From contig JBBTRA010000003.1 of NCBI GenBank assembly GCA_038065415.1, positions 9,314-73,313 on the forward strand: 64,000 nucleotides of DNA. Reading direction: 5' to 3'. Positions 30,216 through 39,180 of the stretch are shown piece by piece (the first letter of the stretch is position 1; each line of letters begins with the position of its first letter). Source of the stretch: Patescibacteria group bacterium (GTDB lineage: Bacteria > Patescibacteriota > Minisyncoccia > Phycocordibacterales > PALSA-1337). Below the pieces are notes generated by a model. The model had not been told where the DNA came from, made no database searches, and saw only the letters and a list, made by a program, of their open reading frames with translations. The position numbers were made by a program, and so were the translations under genes.

Positions 30216-31747
30216 TTGAATGATACTTGATAGATCATGGGTGCCGTTGCCGCTAGGATATAGAGCTTGTCCCCATCACAAGTCAGCATCTGGGGCGCAG
30301 CGGGCAACAAGAATGCTGCAGATGTGCTCGCTGAGGCCGAATGAGAGAATATTCGGAACTCCTTGTCAGTCGCCCTACTGGCCGCATACAGGTACGAACG
30401 GTCAGCCACAAGTCCGTAGATACCTCCGGGAATATCACTGGACGCGTACCCAGAATCTTTCAGCGATCCCACTGAACCAGTATGAATTGTAGAGGTAGCC
30501 CAAACGAATAGCTCATGATCTCGCTTAACATTGAATCCTCCTGCCGTTCGACCAAAACGTAGTACATCCTCAAACACGGAGATGGACTTCCCTTCTTGCC
30601 GTTCCCAGCCGGAGGGATTGAAATTATCAGCAACCGCCACATCTCCGGACTCTATACTATCCAGGCGCATCAACTGTTGTTCACCGGCAGTTGCAAGATA
30701 CACACTCTTGTTCCTTCCGAAAATATCCATGACTTTACTGCCAACTTCAACCCCTCCCATCCTCTTCATACTAGCTGTATCGGTGACATCAATGACGGAG
30801 AGCTCTTCACCATCCCACTTTTCTGTTCCGAGATATATCTTATCTGCATCATAAAAGATCGAGCTCGCCATCGGAGGCGTTGCTGTGGCATACGGCAAAG
30901 GTATCTGGTATTTCTTTTCAAGCACAGGAACATCGAGAGCGTCGAAACGAATGATGTGGAGCTGAGCTGCAGTGCTTGCAGCCGCTCCGTATACCCTATG
31001 CCCCACAAGTGTGATCGCAGATATTCCGGGTCCTGTATGAATCGACGAGAGTACCCCAGGATCATGCACATCCCGGATATCTACCACAAGAAGATCAGGA
31101 TCGGTGACGATAGATGAATCTGCAGATACGTATGCGATGTTATTTCTGACTTCCATATCCGTAAGCGGTAAACTCGGATCGATCGGCAACATGATGGGAA
31201 CTATCGAAACCAACAGCGATGCGGACGGCTCAGAAAAACGAATGCCCGGATCAGGAACTACCACAGGATGCTGAAATCCATAAGAACCCGTACGTTCCTT
31301 ACTCGCGAAGTCGACAGAACATACCGGCGTACCAGCCGAATCCATAGTGTCCACGAATGGATACCTGCGCACAGCATTGAACATGATCGGACCTGCACGA
31401 TTCATGAATTTGGTATCCGCATGAATGCGTATGTCTGTCTGTATCCGATCATTGCCATACCAATGAGCATACGCCTCGATGGTAGTTGTAGCTAAGCGCG
31501 ATAAACGACCAGACAATGATTCACCTGGTGATATAACCGTATTCCGAAACTCATACGGCATCATATCTTCAAACTCACCCTTATGTGCATCATAAAGATC
31601 GAGAGCATGGTCCCTTTCGCGTGCAGTCTCAAATAACTCCTCAGCATTGACTGATGAGTATGTGATACATGCGATAAAAAACGCTCCGAGCGCAAGCGCC
31701 AGAAGAATATCGATAAGTATCAAACCTGAATTATTTTTTTGATTCAT
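30212..31747 (-). CDS. large (about 510 aa) prepilin-like protein, candidate pilus tip/adhesin subunit
   Basis: N-terminus MNQKNNSG|LILIDILLALALGAFFIA: short basic leader, Gly-1, Asp+5, hydrophobic helix; ORF-track start is a TTG; ATG at 31747 preferred. Confidence 0.5.
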   Translation of the reverse strand: MNQKNNSGLILIDILLALALGAFFIACITYSSVNAEELFETARERDHALDLYDAHKGEFEDMMPYEFRNTVISPGESLSGRLSRLATTTIEAYAHWYGNDRIQTDIRIHADTKFMNRAGPIMFNAVRRYPFVDTMDSAGTPVCSVDFASKERTGSYGFQHPVVVPDPGIRFSEPSASLLVSIVPIMLPIDPSLPLTDMEVRNNIAYVSADSSIVTDPDLLVVDIRDVHDPGVLSSIHTGPGISAITLVGHRVYGAAASTAAQLHIIRFDALDVPVLEKKYQIPLPYATATPPMASSIFYDADKIYLGTEKWDGEELSVIDVTDTASMKRMGGVEVGSKVMDIFGRNKSVYLATAGEQQLMRLDSIESGDVAVADNFNPSGWERQEGKSISVFEDVLRFGRTAGGFNVKRDHELFVWATSTIHTGSVGSLKDSGYASSDIPGGIYGLVADRSYLYAASRATDKEFRIFSHSASASTSAAFLLPAAPQMLTCDGDKLYILAATAPMIYQVSFK

Positions 31748-31771
31748 ACTTTGCATATGCATGGTGATCAA

Positions 31772-32848
31772 TCAATGTTGTAGCGCCCTCGAGATATCGT
31801 AAATCGGCATCATTATAGACAGAGCGATCGCACCAACTACACCACCCATACCAGCCATCATGGTCGGCTCAATGAGCGCTGTGAGCCGCTTGAGACTGTG
31901 ATCGATATCTCTATCAATGATATCTGCCGCACGCACCAATGACGCCCCCAAAGTACCCGAAGCTTCACCAGCAAGTAGAAGTGGCGGTATGTACGACGGA
32001 ATCTTCACAGACACGTGTCCGATGACCGACCCGAGAGGAAGACCCTTGGCCACACGCATTCCCTCAGCCTGAATCGCCTCCGCAAGCTGTATGAGAGGTA
32101 TCGCTGCCGCAGCCTGAGCATACGCTGCGACCGCTGATATGCCTGAGTCTATAAGCGAACCACACGAACGAAAGAATACTGAAAGTGCCAATGTTCTACT
32201 CAGCGAACCAACAAGTGGAATGTACGCCAGCGATCGATGCACTCCTTTCCTAAATCTGTAAAATTTCTTGTACAACACTGTGGCAGTTCCAAACGCCAGA
32301 ATAACTCCGAGACATCCATATACTCCATATGTAGTGATATTTTCAGAGATAGCCATAACGATACGCGTAAGTAGAGGTAGCTCAACATTGAGACCCTTCA
32401 GCATGGGTATGATTTGCGGCATGATTCCTTTCACCAAACCAATCGTGAGAAGTAGGGCGAAGGTGCCAATGATCGCGGGATATGCGAGTGCCGACAAAAT
32501 CTTCTTCTTAATGTCGTCTTGTTGTTCCATCAACCTTCGAGCCATTGCAAGCGACGAAGCAAGTCCTCCAGTACCCTCGCCTTGTCGGATGATACCAACA
32601 AACAAAGGTGGGACGCCTATAACTGACGCCAAAGAAACAGACAGCGTAGATCCTCCCGTGATATCATCGTGGATCTTTTGGACCTGTACTCTACGTCCCG
32701 AGGACATCCCCTGTTCCACGACAGATAGAGCTTTGTCGAGGCTCAAGCCTGCAGATATATACAGCTCGAGCCGTTCCATGAAAAGCATGGTTTCCTCTCG
32801 ACTCCAACGTATCGTCCATATATGAGATATTCTTGTGAATGTGAGCAT
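31772..32848 (-). CDS. pilC: type II secretion system F-family platform protein (PilC/GspF)
   Basis: 358 aa polytopic membrane protein with duplicated T2SS-F domain pattern. Confidence 0.8.
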   Translation of the reverse strand: MLTFTRISHIWTIRWSREETMLFMERLELYISAGLSLDKALSVVEQGMSSGRRVQVQKIHDDITGGSTLSVSLASVIGVPPLFVGIIRQGEGTGGLASSLAMARRLMEQQDDIKKKILSALAYPAIIGTFALLLTIGLVKGIMPQIIPMLKGLNVELPLLTRIVMAISENITTYGVYGCLGVILAFGTATVLYKKFYRFRKGVHRSLAYIPLVGSLSRTLALSVFFRSCGSLIDSGISAVAAYAQAAAAIPLIQLAEAIQAEGMRVAKGLPLGSVIGHVSVKIPSYIPPLLLAGEASGTLGASLVRAADIIDRDIDHSLKRLTALIEPTMMAGMGGVVGAIALSIMMPIYDISRALQH

Positions 32849-32867
32849 ATGATATGGATATTAGATA

Positions 32868-34004
32868 TCAGTCCGAGAGTACGCGTGCGACTTCCTGCTC
32901 GGTCGTGATACCCCACTCGACCTTCTCATAGCCATCTTCGAGCATCGGTTGGAATCCATTCGAGCGCGCATACTCCCGGATTGCACTCGCGCTCTCCTTG
33001 GCACCAATGCGCTCACGCATACCGGCGTCGACCTCGCACGCCTCTGCTATGACTGATCGACCCACATATCCAGTATGCCTACATGTATTACACCCTTCAG
33101 AGAAACATTCGCGACACAGTGTACGAACAAGACGCTGAGCCACGACCAGCTTCAAGGTAGAGGCGAGCAGATATGGATCGATACCCATGTCGACAAGTCG
33201 CGGAATAGCCTCAAGAGCAGAATTGGTATGTAGGGTGGACAACACCAGATGGCCAGTCAGGGCGGTATGTATAGCAACTCGAGCCGTTTCAGCATCACGA
33301 ATTTCTCCTACCATAATGACATCAGGATCCTGCCTCAAAGCAGATCGAAGTCCTGACGCAAACGTAACCCCATGACTATGGCGTATATGCACCTGCCTGA
33401 CGAGTGGCAATTCATACTCAACAGGATCTTCGAGCGTAATAATTGATACAGGCTCACGAGACTTGAGCGAGAGACATGCATGAAGCGTCGTAGTCTTGCC
33501 AGATCCAGTCGGACCAACGACAAGTATGAGACCTGATGCTTGTCGAAGAGCACCGTCTATCGAGCGTACATGATCTGGAGTGAACCCGAGACGAGCAAAA
33601 GATGCTTCATCAGGTATACGTGCCGGTAGTATACGGAGAACAGCATTCTCTCCATGATATGTAGGCATGAACGAAATACGTATATTGTATGAACTGCCCT
33701 CGATATCTGTTTTCCATCTGCCATCCTGAGGAATCGCGTGTATATCGGTACGAGCGCCGGACAGGATCTTCAGGCGTGCAACAATCTCTTCATGAAGCCT
33801 CCGAGATATCATGCACACATCACCCATGTGTCCATCTATGCGCAACCGGATACGCGATGTATGTTCAAGTGGATCATAGTGAACATCTGACGCCCGTACC
33901 AAAACTGCATAGGCGAGCAGTCGATCTACGGCCTCAGTAGCGGTAGTGGGCTCCGATTCAAAAAGTACACTGTGCTGATGTATTGTTTGTAATGTGTCGT
34001 TCAT
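32868..34004 (-). CDS. pilB: type IV pilus/T2SS assembly ATPase (PilB/GspE family, short form)
   Basis: 378 aa; Walker A GPTGSGKTTTL, Asp/His boxes, C-terminal tetracysteine-like CxxC...C...C. Confidence 0.85.
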   Translation of the reverse strand: MNDTLQTIHQHSVLFESEPTTATEAVDRLLAYAVLVRASDVHYDPLEHTSRIRLRIDGHMGDVCMISRRLHEEIVARLKILSGARTDIHAIPQDGRWKTDIEGSSYNIRISFMPTYHGENAVLRILPARIPDEASFARLGFTPDHVRSIDGALRQASGLILVVGPTGSGKTTTLHACLSLKSREPVSIITLEDPVEYELPLVRQVHIRHSHGVTFASGLRSALRQDPDVIMVGEIRDAETARVAIHTALTGHLVLSTLHTNSALEAIPRLVDMGIDPYLLASTLKLVVAQRLVRTLCRECFSEGCNTCRHTGYVGRSVIAEACEVDAGMRERIGAKESASAIREYARSNGFQPMLEDGYEKVEWGITTEQEVARVLSD

Positions 34005-34170
34005 ATGCAGTACGATACCAAGGTAAAATGAAGAAATGATGAAGTAACAATGGGTAAGCTATGATGCTACACAAATCCAGTTGCTTACTTATGTAAAATG
34101 TGTTACTGTGCTATCTGGCCGTTCTTTCCAAACACTCTATGAACCTAGGATTAGGTCTCTGGAACGGCTG

Positions 34171-34908
34171 ATGTACGCACACACAAACCAAACAAAATCA
34201 GCTATGTTGATCGAACCGAAGCTCCGCGTAACCGTACCGGTGACATTCATCACTTCTCCTACCAAGAAAACGGAGAAGACTATCGCCGCCGTGCTCAAGG
34301 CACTTGCATTCAACAGCCGCGTCTCCCCCGTGTGGGATATCGGCCCGGACATCCTCCATTCTCAAGCAACCTCCGATCCTCGGGCAAAAAGCTTTGGACG
34401 GTTCCTGCTTGGCCTTCTGACTGGAGGAGTCAAGGATATCAGCCAGCGAACGCCTCCGAAGATCATTGCCCTCGCCCTTGCGCATCGCGTTGAAGAACAC
34501 ATCCGTGTTCATGGAGCGCTCGAGCATATCTTCGTGATCGCTACACCTCATACGCCCGAGCAGGTCAAACCGCTCTTGCAGGTATGTGATGATGCACGAC
34601 TCGTGTACGTCGGCCCTGACGAAAGTGTCCATGTAGCCAACAGCTTCCACCACCAAGTCATTCGCGGCGCACATCGTTTCGCAAAACTTCAAGCACGGAA
34701 ATCACAGCCTCATCAATTTGTCCGTCTTGAACCGGATTCAACAACCGCACAAACGGTTTCCGACATCCTGCACTATGCAGACATGCCATCGGCCCTGCGC
34801 GCCACATGGCTCGAAAGCATGAAAACGCCCAAAAGTGCCGCTCACACGCAGCTGCATCCTCAGGCCATCGACATGACTTCGCCTCAAGGTGCCTTGGCGA
34901 CAGCCTAA
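34171..34908 (+). CDS. hypothetical protein (first gene of atypical two-gene insertion)
   Basis: ORF track starts at a TTG (34081); the first ATGs are at 34171 and 34204; codon usage differs modestly from host (more CCG/CGG/CAA/TTG). Confidence 0.4.
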   Translation: MYAHTNQTKSAMLIEPKLRVTVPVTFITSPTKKTEKTIAAVLKALAFNSRVSPVWDIGPDILHSQATSDPRAKSFGRFLLGLLTGGVKDISQRTPPKIIALALAHRVEEHIRVHGALEHIFVIATPHTPEQVKPLLQVCDDARLVYVGPDESVHVANSFHHQVIRGAHRFAKLQARKSQPHQFVRLEPDSTTAQTVSDILHYADMPSALRATWLESMKTPKSAAHTQLHPQAIDMTSPQGALATA

Positions 34909-34922
34909 TCTCAAGTTCATCG

Positions 34923-34956
34923 CCTCCCCTCCCGCCCCGGCTGGAGGGGATTTTAT
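34923..34956 (+). terminator. rho-independent terminator
   Basis: cccctcc-cgccccggct-ggagggg followed by attttat. Confidence 0.5.
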
Positions 34957-35093
34957 GTATACAAAATTACATATTGTCAAATGATTATAGTGTGATATGC
35001 TTGCTCTTGGCAGTTCTTTTCAGTTAAAGGATTGTTTTTGTTTTCAATCAAATACCAGCGGTCAACACACAACCCACGAAAGGAGGCTCATCT

Positions 35094-35954
35094 ATGAGCT
35101 TGAACGGTACACACTCCCACGGAACCCCTCACCCTTCCCTGATCTTGGACCCAGACTTGCTCATTGCACTCACTGGAGCCCGGGCATGCGGAAAATCAGT
35201 CATCCTCAAACTCCTTGCCATGCTGTATGGTCCGGAGTTTCTCGCCCTCGAAAGCAGTGGCTTATGCGACGACCACATCCGACGTGGCACGAGGATCGGT
35301 CAAGAACTTGCGACCTTCACCGGTGTACGCAGCGGTGGCGGCTTCTACCCTGATGATCTGATCATACGCACCACACTTCAGAGCATCGAGGAAGAGAAGG
35401 CAAAATTGACACCCCCGCCCAGCCGTCATGCGATTCGAGCTATTGGTCTTGCCGGCGGCTTTCGGACCGAATCTCAGCGGCTTTGTTTCGGCAAAGCCGG
35501 GTATCGAACTCGTTCAATCCACATCTGTTCGACACTGCGCCAAGTCTTCGAAGGTGTCGTCCGACGAAAGGAGATCGAGGGGCAAACTCGTGACGATGTC
35601 AGCGTTCGATCTGTCGTTGCAAGTTGGCATAATTACGGAACACTGGTGCGTCCCGGCATGGAGTCAGCTCCCGCCGATGAGGTCTGTACCATCCATAAGA
35701 GCCATTCTCTGCTCCGCAAAATGATCGTGATCGTGCGAAATATCGACCGATGGACAGGCACTCAAGGTCTCATCAACCTGGTAGTGAAGGATCATCCGGT
35801 CCGTCTGGAAATGGCCCGCCTCGAAAAAGAGTGGGCAAACAAGCCGGTTACCTTGACCCAAGAAATGGAAGAGGTCATCGCCGACGATGAATCCAATCAA
35901 CACATCCTTCGGCTCTCTCGTCCACTTACCGAACAAAGGCTTGTCACAGCCTGA
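35094..35954 (+). CDS. adenylate-kinase-like P-loop protein with degenerate Walker A and C-terminal extension
   Basis: LIALTGARACGKSV (GxxxxGKS); by-eye alignment to Adk NMP-binding region and GGFRT (cf. Adk GFPRT); canonical SD AGGAGG 7 nt upstream of ATG. Confidence 0.5.
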   Translation: MSLNGTHSHGTPHPSLILDPDLLIALTGARACGKSVILKLLAMLYGPEFLALESSGLCDDHIRRGTRIGQELATFTGVRSGGGFYPDDLIIRTTLQSIEEEKAKLTPPPSRHAIRAIGLAGGFRTESQRLCFGKAGYRTRSIHICSTLRQVFEGVVRRKEIEGQTRDDVSVRSVVASWHNYGTLVRPGMESAPADEVCTIHKSHSLLRKMIVIVRNIDRWTGTQGLINLVVKDHPVRLEMARLEKEWANKPVTLTQEMEEVIADDESNQHILRLSRPLTEQRLVTA

Positions 35955-35971
35955 GTCCCAGGTTTACTCCA

Positions 35972-35999
35972 ACGCAGTTCTTCGGAATTGCGTTTTTTA
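35972..35999 (+). terminator. rho-independent terminator
   Basis: aacgcagttc-ttcg-gaattgcgtt then tttt. Confidence 0.5.
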
Positions 36000-36045
36000 T
36001 ATGAATATATACAAAATCAGCTGATAGGCCTTACTTAAGGCCTTA

Positions 36046-36074
36046 TTTTGACAAAAATGGCCGAATAATGTAAA
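36046..36074 (+). promoter_or_regulatory. sigma70-like promoter upstream of typA
   Basis: TTGACA-N17-TAAACT. Confidence 0.35.
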
Positions 36075-36118
36075 CTGTACTTTCATTCATATTCCTTATA
36101 CTTTAACGTTTTTTCTTC

Positions 36119-37909
36119 ATGGATATCCGAAACATAGCCATCATCGCGCACGTGGACCACGGCAAAACCACCCTCACCGACGCCATTATGACCCAGTGCG
36201 GGCATGGTGATGAAGGCTCCATGGACTCCAACGCCCTCGAACAGGAGCGTGGTATCACGATTTACGCCAAGAATACCTCCATCCAGTACAAAGGCACCAA
36301 GATCAACATTGTCGACACCCCAGGTCACGCTGACTTCGGTTCTGAGGTCGAACGCGTGCTCCGCTCTATCGACACTGTCCTCCTCGTTGTTGATGCCCAG
36401 GAAGGTCCGATGCCACAGACTCGCTTCGTGCTCAAGAAGTCCCTCGAGCTCGGCATCAAACCTATCCTCATCCTGAACAAGATCGACAAGCCTGCCGCAA
36501 ATCCTACTCGTGCACATGACGAGGTACTCGAGCTCTTCATGGAGCTCGGGGCCAATGATGCTCAGCTCGACTTCCCTACTATCTACGCCATCGGACGTCA
36601 GGGCGTCGCCATGAGGAAGCTCGATGACGAAAAGAAGGATCTGACTCCCCTTCTGGATATGGTTCTCGAACATGTTCCTCCAGCAAACGCAGCAAAGAAT
36701 GCAGGTGATGCTCTCAAGGCACAGGTCTTCAACCTCGGCTATGACAACTTCCTCGGTCGTCTCGCTATTTGCCGTATCTATAGCGGAACCATCCGTGACG
36801 GACAGAATGTCTGGGTCAAGGATATCAATGGTAAGACATTCACTGGTAAGATCACAAAACTCTTTACCTTTGATGGTAAAAAGCGTATCGAGACTAAGGA
36901 AGCTGAGTCTGGTGATATCATAACCGTCGCAGGTCTCCCTGATATCTATATCGGAGAAACGATCACTGACACTGAGTCTGTCGAGGCGCTCCCCGCTATC
37001 ACCGTCGACGAGCCGACCATCTCCCTACAGTTCCTCGTCAACAACTCTCCATTCGCTGGTCGCGAAGGAACTTTCGTTACTGGTCGTCAGATCCGCGAAC
37101 GTCTTGAGCGTGAACTTGAGACCAACGTAGGACTCAAAGTGGACTTCTCTGCAAATGAATTCTTCACCGTCTACGGCCGCGGCGAGCTCCACATCGCTAT
37201 CCTCATCGAGAACATGCGCCGTGAAGGATATGAACTCCAGGTTTCCCAGCCAAAGGTTATCTTCAAGGAAGAGGGTGGCGAGAAGCTCGAGCCATTCGAG
37301 GAAGTCATCATCGACTGCCCTCAGAACTACTCTGGTGCTATCATCGAGACTCTCGGCAAGAGGAAGGGTGTCATGACCAATATGACTACTCACGGCAATC
37401 AGGTCCGTATCGTCCTAGAGATCCCAACCCGCGGCCTCCTCGGGTACAAGAACGTCTTCACCATCGACACTAAGGGTGAGGGCATCATGTCATCCCGCGT
37501 CATCGGCTTCAAGCCATTCGCAGGTGATATCGAGAAGCGTGAGACAGGTTCTATGACCTCTATGGCTTCAGGCAAGTCTCTCGGCTTCTCCCTCTGGAAC
37601 CTCCAGGATCGCGGACGTCTCTTCATCGGGGCTGCGGTCGAAGTGTATGAGGGTATGGTCATCGGCGACACCGCCAAGGGCGACGACATGGATGTGAACC
37701 CAACCAAGGGTAAGGCTATGAGTAACATGCGCTCATCCGGTAAGGACGAGGCTCTCATGCTTGTCCCTCCATTTGAGCTCACCATCGAACGTGGTCTCGA
37801 GCTCATGCGTGAGGACGAGTATCTCGAAATCACCCCGAAGAATGTCCGCCTCCGCAAGAAGTTCCTCACGGAGCTCGATCGTGCAAAGTCACGAAGGAAG
37901 GATCTTTAA
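36119..37909 (+). CDS. typA: translational GTPase TypA/BipA
   Basis: 596 aa; [20 protein letters not shown]1 motif, DTPGHADF. Confidence 0.95.
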   Translation: MDIRNIAIIAHVDHGKTTLTDAIMTQCGHGDEGSMDSNALEQERGITIYAKNTSIQYKGTKINIVDTPGHADFGSEVERVLRSIDTVLLVVDAQEGPMPQTRFVLKKSLELGIKPILILNKIDKPAANPTRAHDEVLELFMELGANDAQLDFPTIYAIGRQGVAMRKLDDEKKDLTPLLDMVLEHVPPANAAKNAGDALKAQVFNLGYDNFLGRLAICRIYSGTIRDGQNVWVKDINGKTFTGKITKLFTFDGKKRIETKEAESGDIITVAGLPDIYIGETITDTESVEALPAITVDEPTISLQFLVNNSPFAGREGTFVTGRQIRERLERELETNVGLKVDFSANEFFTVYGRGELHIAILIENMRREGYELQVSQPKVIFKEEGGEKLEPFEEVIIDCPQNYSGAIIETLGKRKGVMTNMTTHGNQVRIVLEIPTRGLLGYKNVFTIDTKGEGIMSSRVIGFKPFAGDIEKRETGSMTSMASGKSLGFSLWNLQDRGRLFIGAAVEVYEGMVIGDTAKGDDMDVNPTKGKAMSNMRSSGKDEALMLVPPFELTIERGLELMREDEYLEITPKNVRLRKKFLTELDRAKSRRKDL

Positions 37910-38040
37910 ATATATACTGAACTGGCCACAAACGGCCGCGCTTGTACCAAGCGTCGAACTTCCCGCTGCTGCTGCAGTGTGGAAGTTCGACATTCGGTGG
38001 AAACGGAAGCTTGGCGCTTGTAATAGCGTTTAAGAACTCC

Positions 38041-38080
38041 TGCAAACAATAAGTGCCCCATTCTCTCCGGAGAGTTGGGC
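38041..38080 (+). terminator. rho-independent terminator of typA (nested hairpin)
   Basis: aagtgccc-catt-ctctccggagag-tt-gggcactt then ttcttat. Confidence 0.6.
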
Positions 38081-38182
38081 ACTTTTCTTATACAAATCAT
38101 CATGAAAAACATATAACTTAATCACAATTTCATTCATGCTAACCTGATATGGTTCTAGACATGGAAGTTTAATACTTCCATG

Positions 38183-38398
38183 TGGGCCCGTGGAGCGGTC
38201 TCCCACCCCACCCCGACAGCTGGGGTGTGCGGGTTCGACTCCTCAATGAGCACATTGACCTACTGGGCGGTCGGGTCCACAAAAAATATATTGACAACTA
38301 AATTAAAACGGCTACAATGTATTTATTGTCGGGGTGGGGTGGAGAGATATCAAAACCGCATACCAAACAAAAGTCCCTTCGGGGGCTTTTGTGTTTAT
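38183..38398 (+). ncRNA. candidate structured noncoding RNA locus (identity unknown)
   Basis: 15-bp long-range inverted repeat ccaccccaccccgac (38204-38218) / gtcggggtggggtgg (38330-38344); T-loop-like gggttcgactcc; internal TTGACA-N16-TACAAT (38292-38319); terminal hairpin aaagtccc-ttcg-ggggcttt + U-run (38371-38397). Confidence 0.25.
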
Positions 38399-38407
38399 GG
38401 CCCGAAA

Positions 38408-39175
38408 TTACTCCAAGAAAATCTTCGTCCTCCTGATCCCCAACGCTATCGTCCCAACCCCCAGATCCTTCCCCATCCTATTCGCAAACGATCTCATATA
38501 GGTACCACTTGAACACTTCACGCGAATAGTCACAATATCGAACGGCTCGCCACCTGATATCCCATCATCGAGTACTTCTTGCCAGCGGCGCTTGATCTCT
38601 TCTTGACGAAAATCACCAGTGACACGATCAATCATGTCCACAATACGCGCCTCGAGTTCAAAACCTGTCATCTGTTCCCTTTTCAATTCTTCGATCTCAT
38701 AAATAGTCACCTCTTTGGTCGGCATTTCCTGCGGCAACTTGTCGGCACGCGCTAATTCATGCAATGCAATACCATCAACGGTACGCGATGAATACGGCGG
38801 GTATTCTTGCTCAAATTTCCCCACATATTTCGATGTATCCAGACGATCGAGGGCACCACTCGAATCCTTGAGTACATCAGTAGATTTTGTAGCCAGTCCA
38901 AGCGCATCATATGTGTCAGTAGTCACGCCGAACAAAACATCCACTTCATATTCCTTGTCGAGTCCGAGATACTTCTCTTTGTTCTTACATTCGTCGCCAA
39001 TGAGAATGAGCAGCTCCCCTTCCGCAAGAGGATCAAGCCTGCCTGCGTAGGTCATAGGAGCCTCCTGCCACTTCTTCTTCGACTCTGCATCTACTGACTC
39101 ATCTATACGCAAACGACGAAACCGCTCGAGTGCTTCGAGCGGTGTTTCGCCTATCTGTTTATAAATAATTTCCAA
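38408..39175 (-). CDS. truB: tRNA pseudouridine(55) synthase
   Basis: 255 aa; AGRLDPLAEGELLILIGDECKNKEKY TruB catalytic Asp motif. Confidence 0.85.
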   Translation of the reverse strand: MEIIYKQIGETPLEALERFRRLRIDESVDAESKKKWQEAPMTYAGRLDPLAEGELLILIGDECKNKEKYLGLDKEYEVDVLFGVTTDTYDALGLATKSTDVLKDSSGALDRLDTSKYVGKFEQEYPPYSSRTVDGIALHELARADKLPQEMPTKEVTIYEIEELKREQMTGFELEARIVDMIDRVTGDFRQEEIKRRWQEVLDDGISGGEPFDIVTIRVKCSSGTYMRSFANRMGKDLGVGTIALGIRRTKIFLE

Positions 39176-39180
39176 AGCTA

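Noticed and set aside
36083-36673. 196-aa minus-strand ORF
   Set aside because: Antisense to the 5' part of typA. Spurious.
38221-38260. Possible tRNA gene, suggested by the gggttcgactcc T-loop-like motif
   Set aside because: No complementary T-stem, acceptor or anticodon arms could be drawn on either strand. Retained only as part of the ncRNA-candidate locus.
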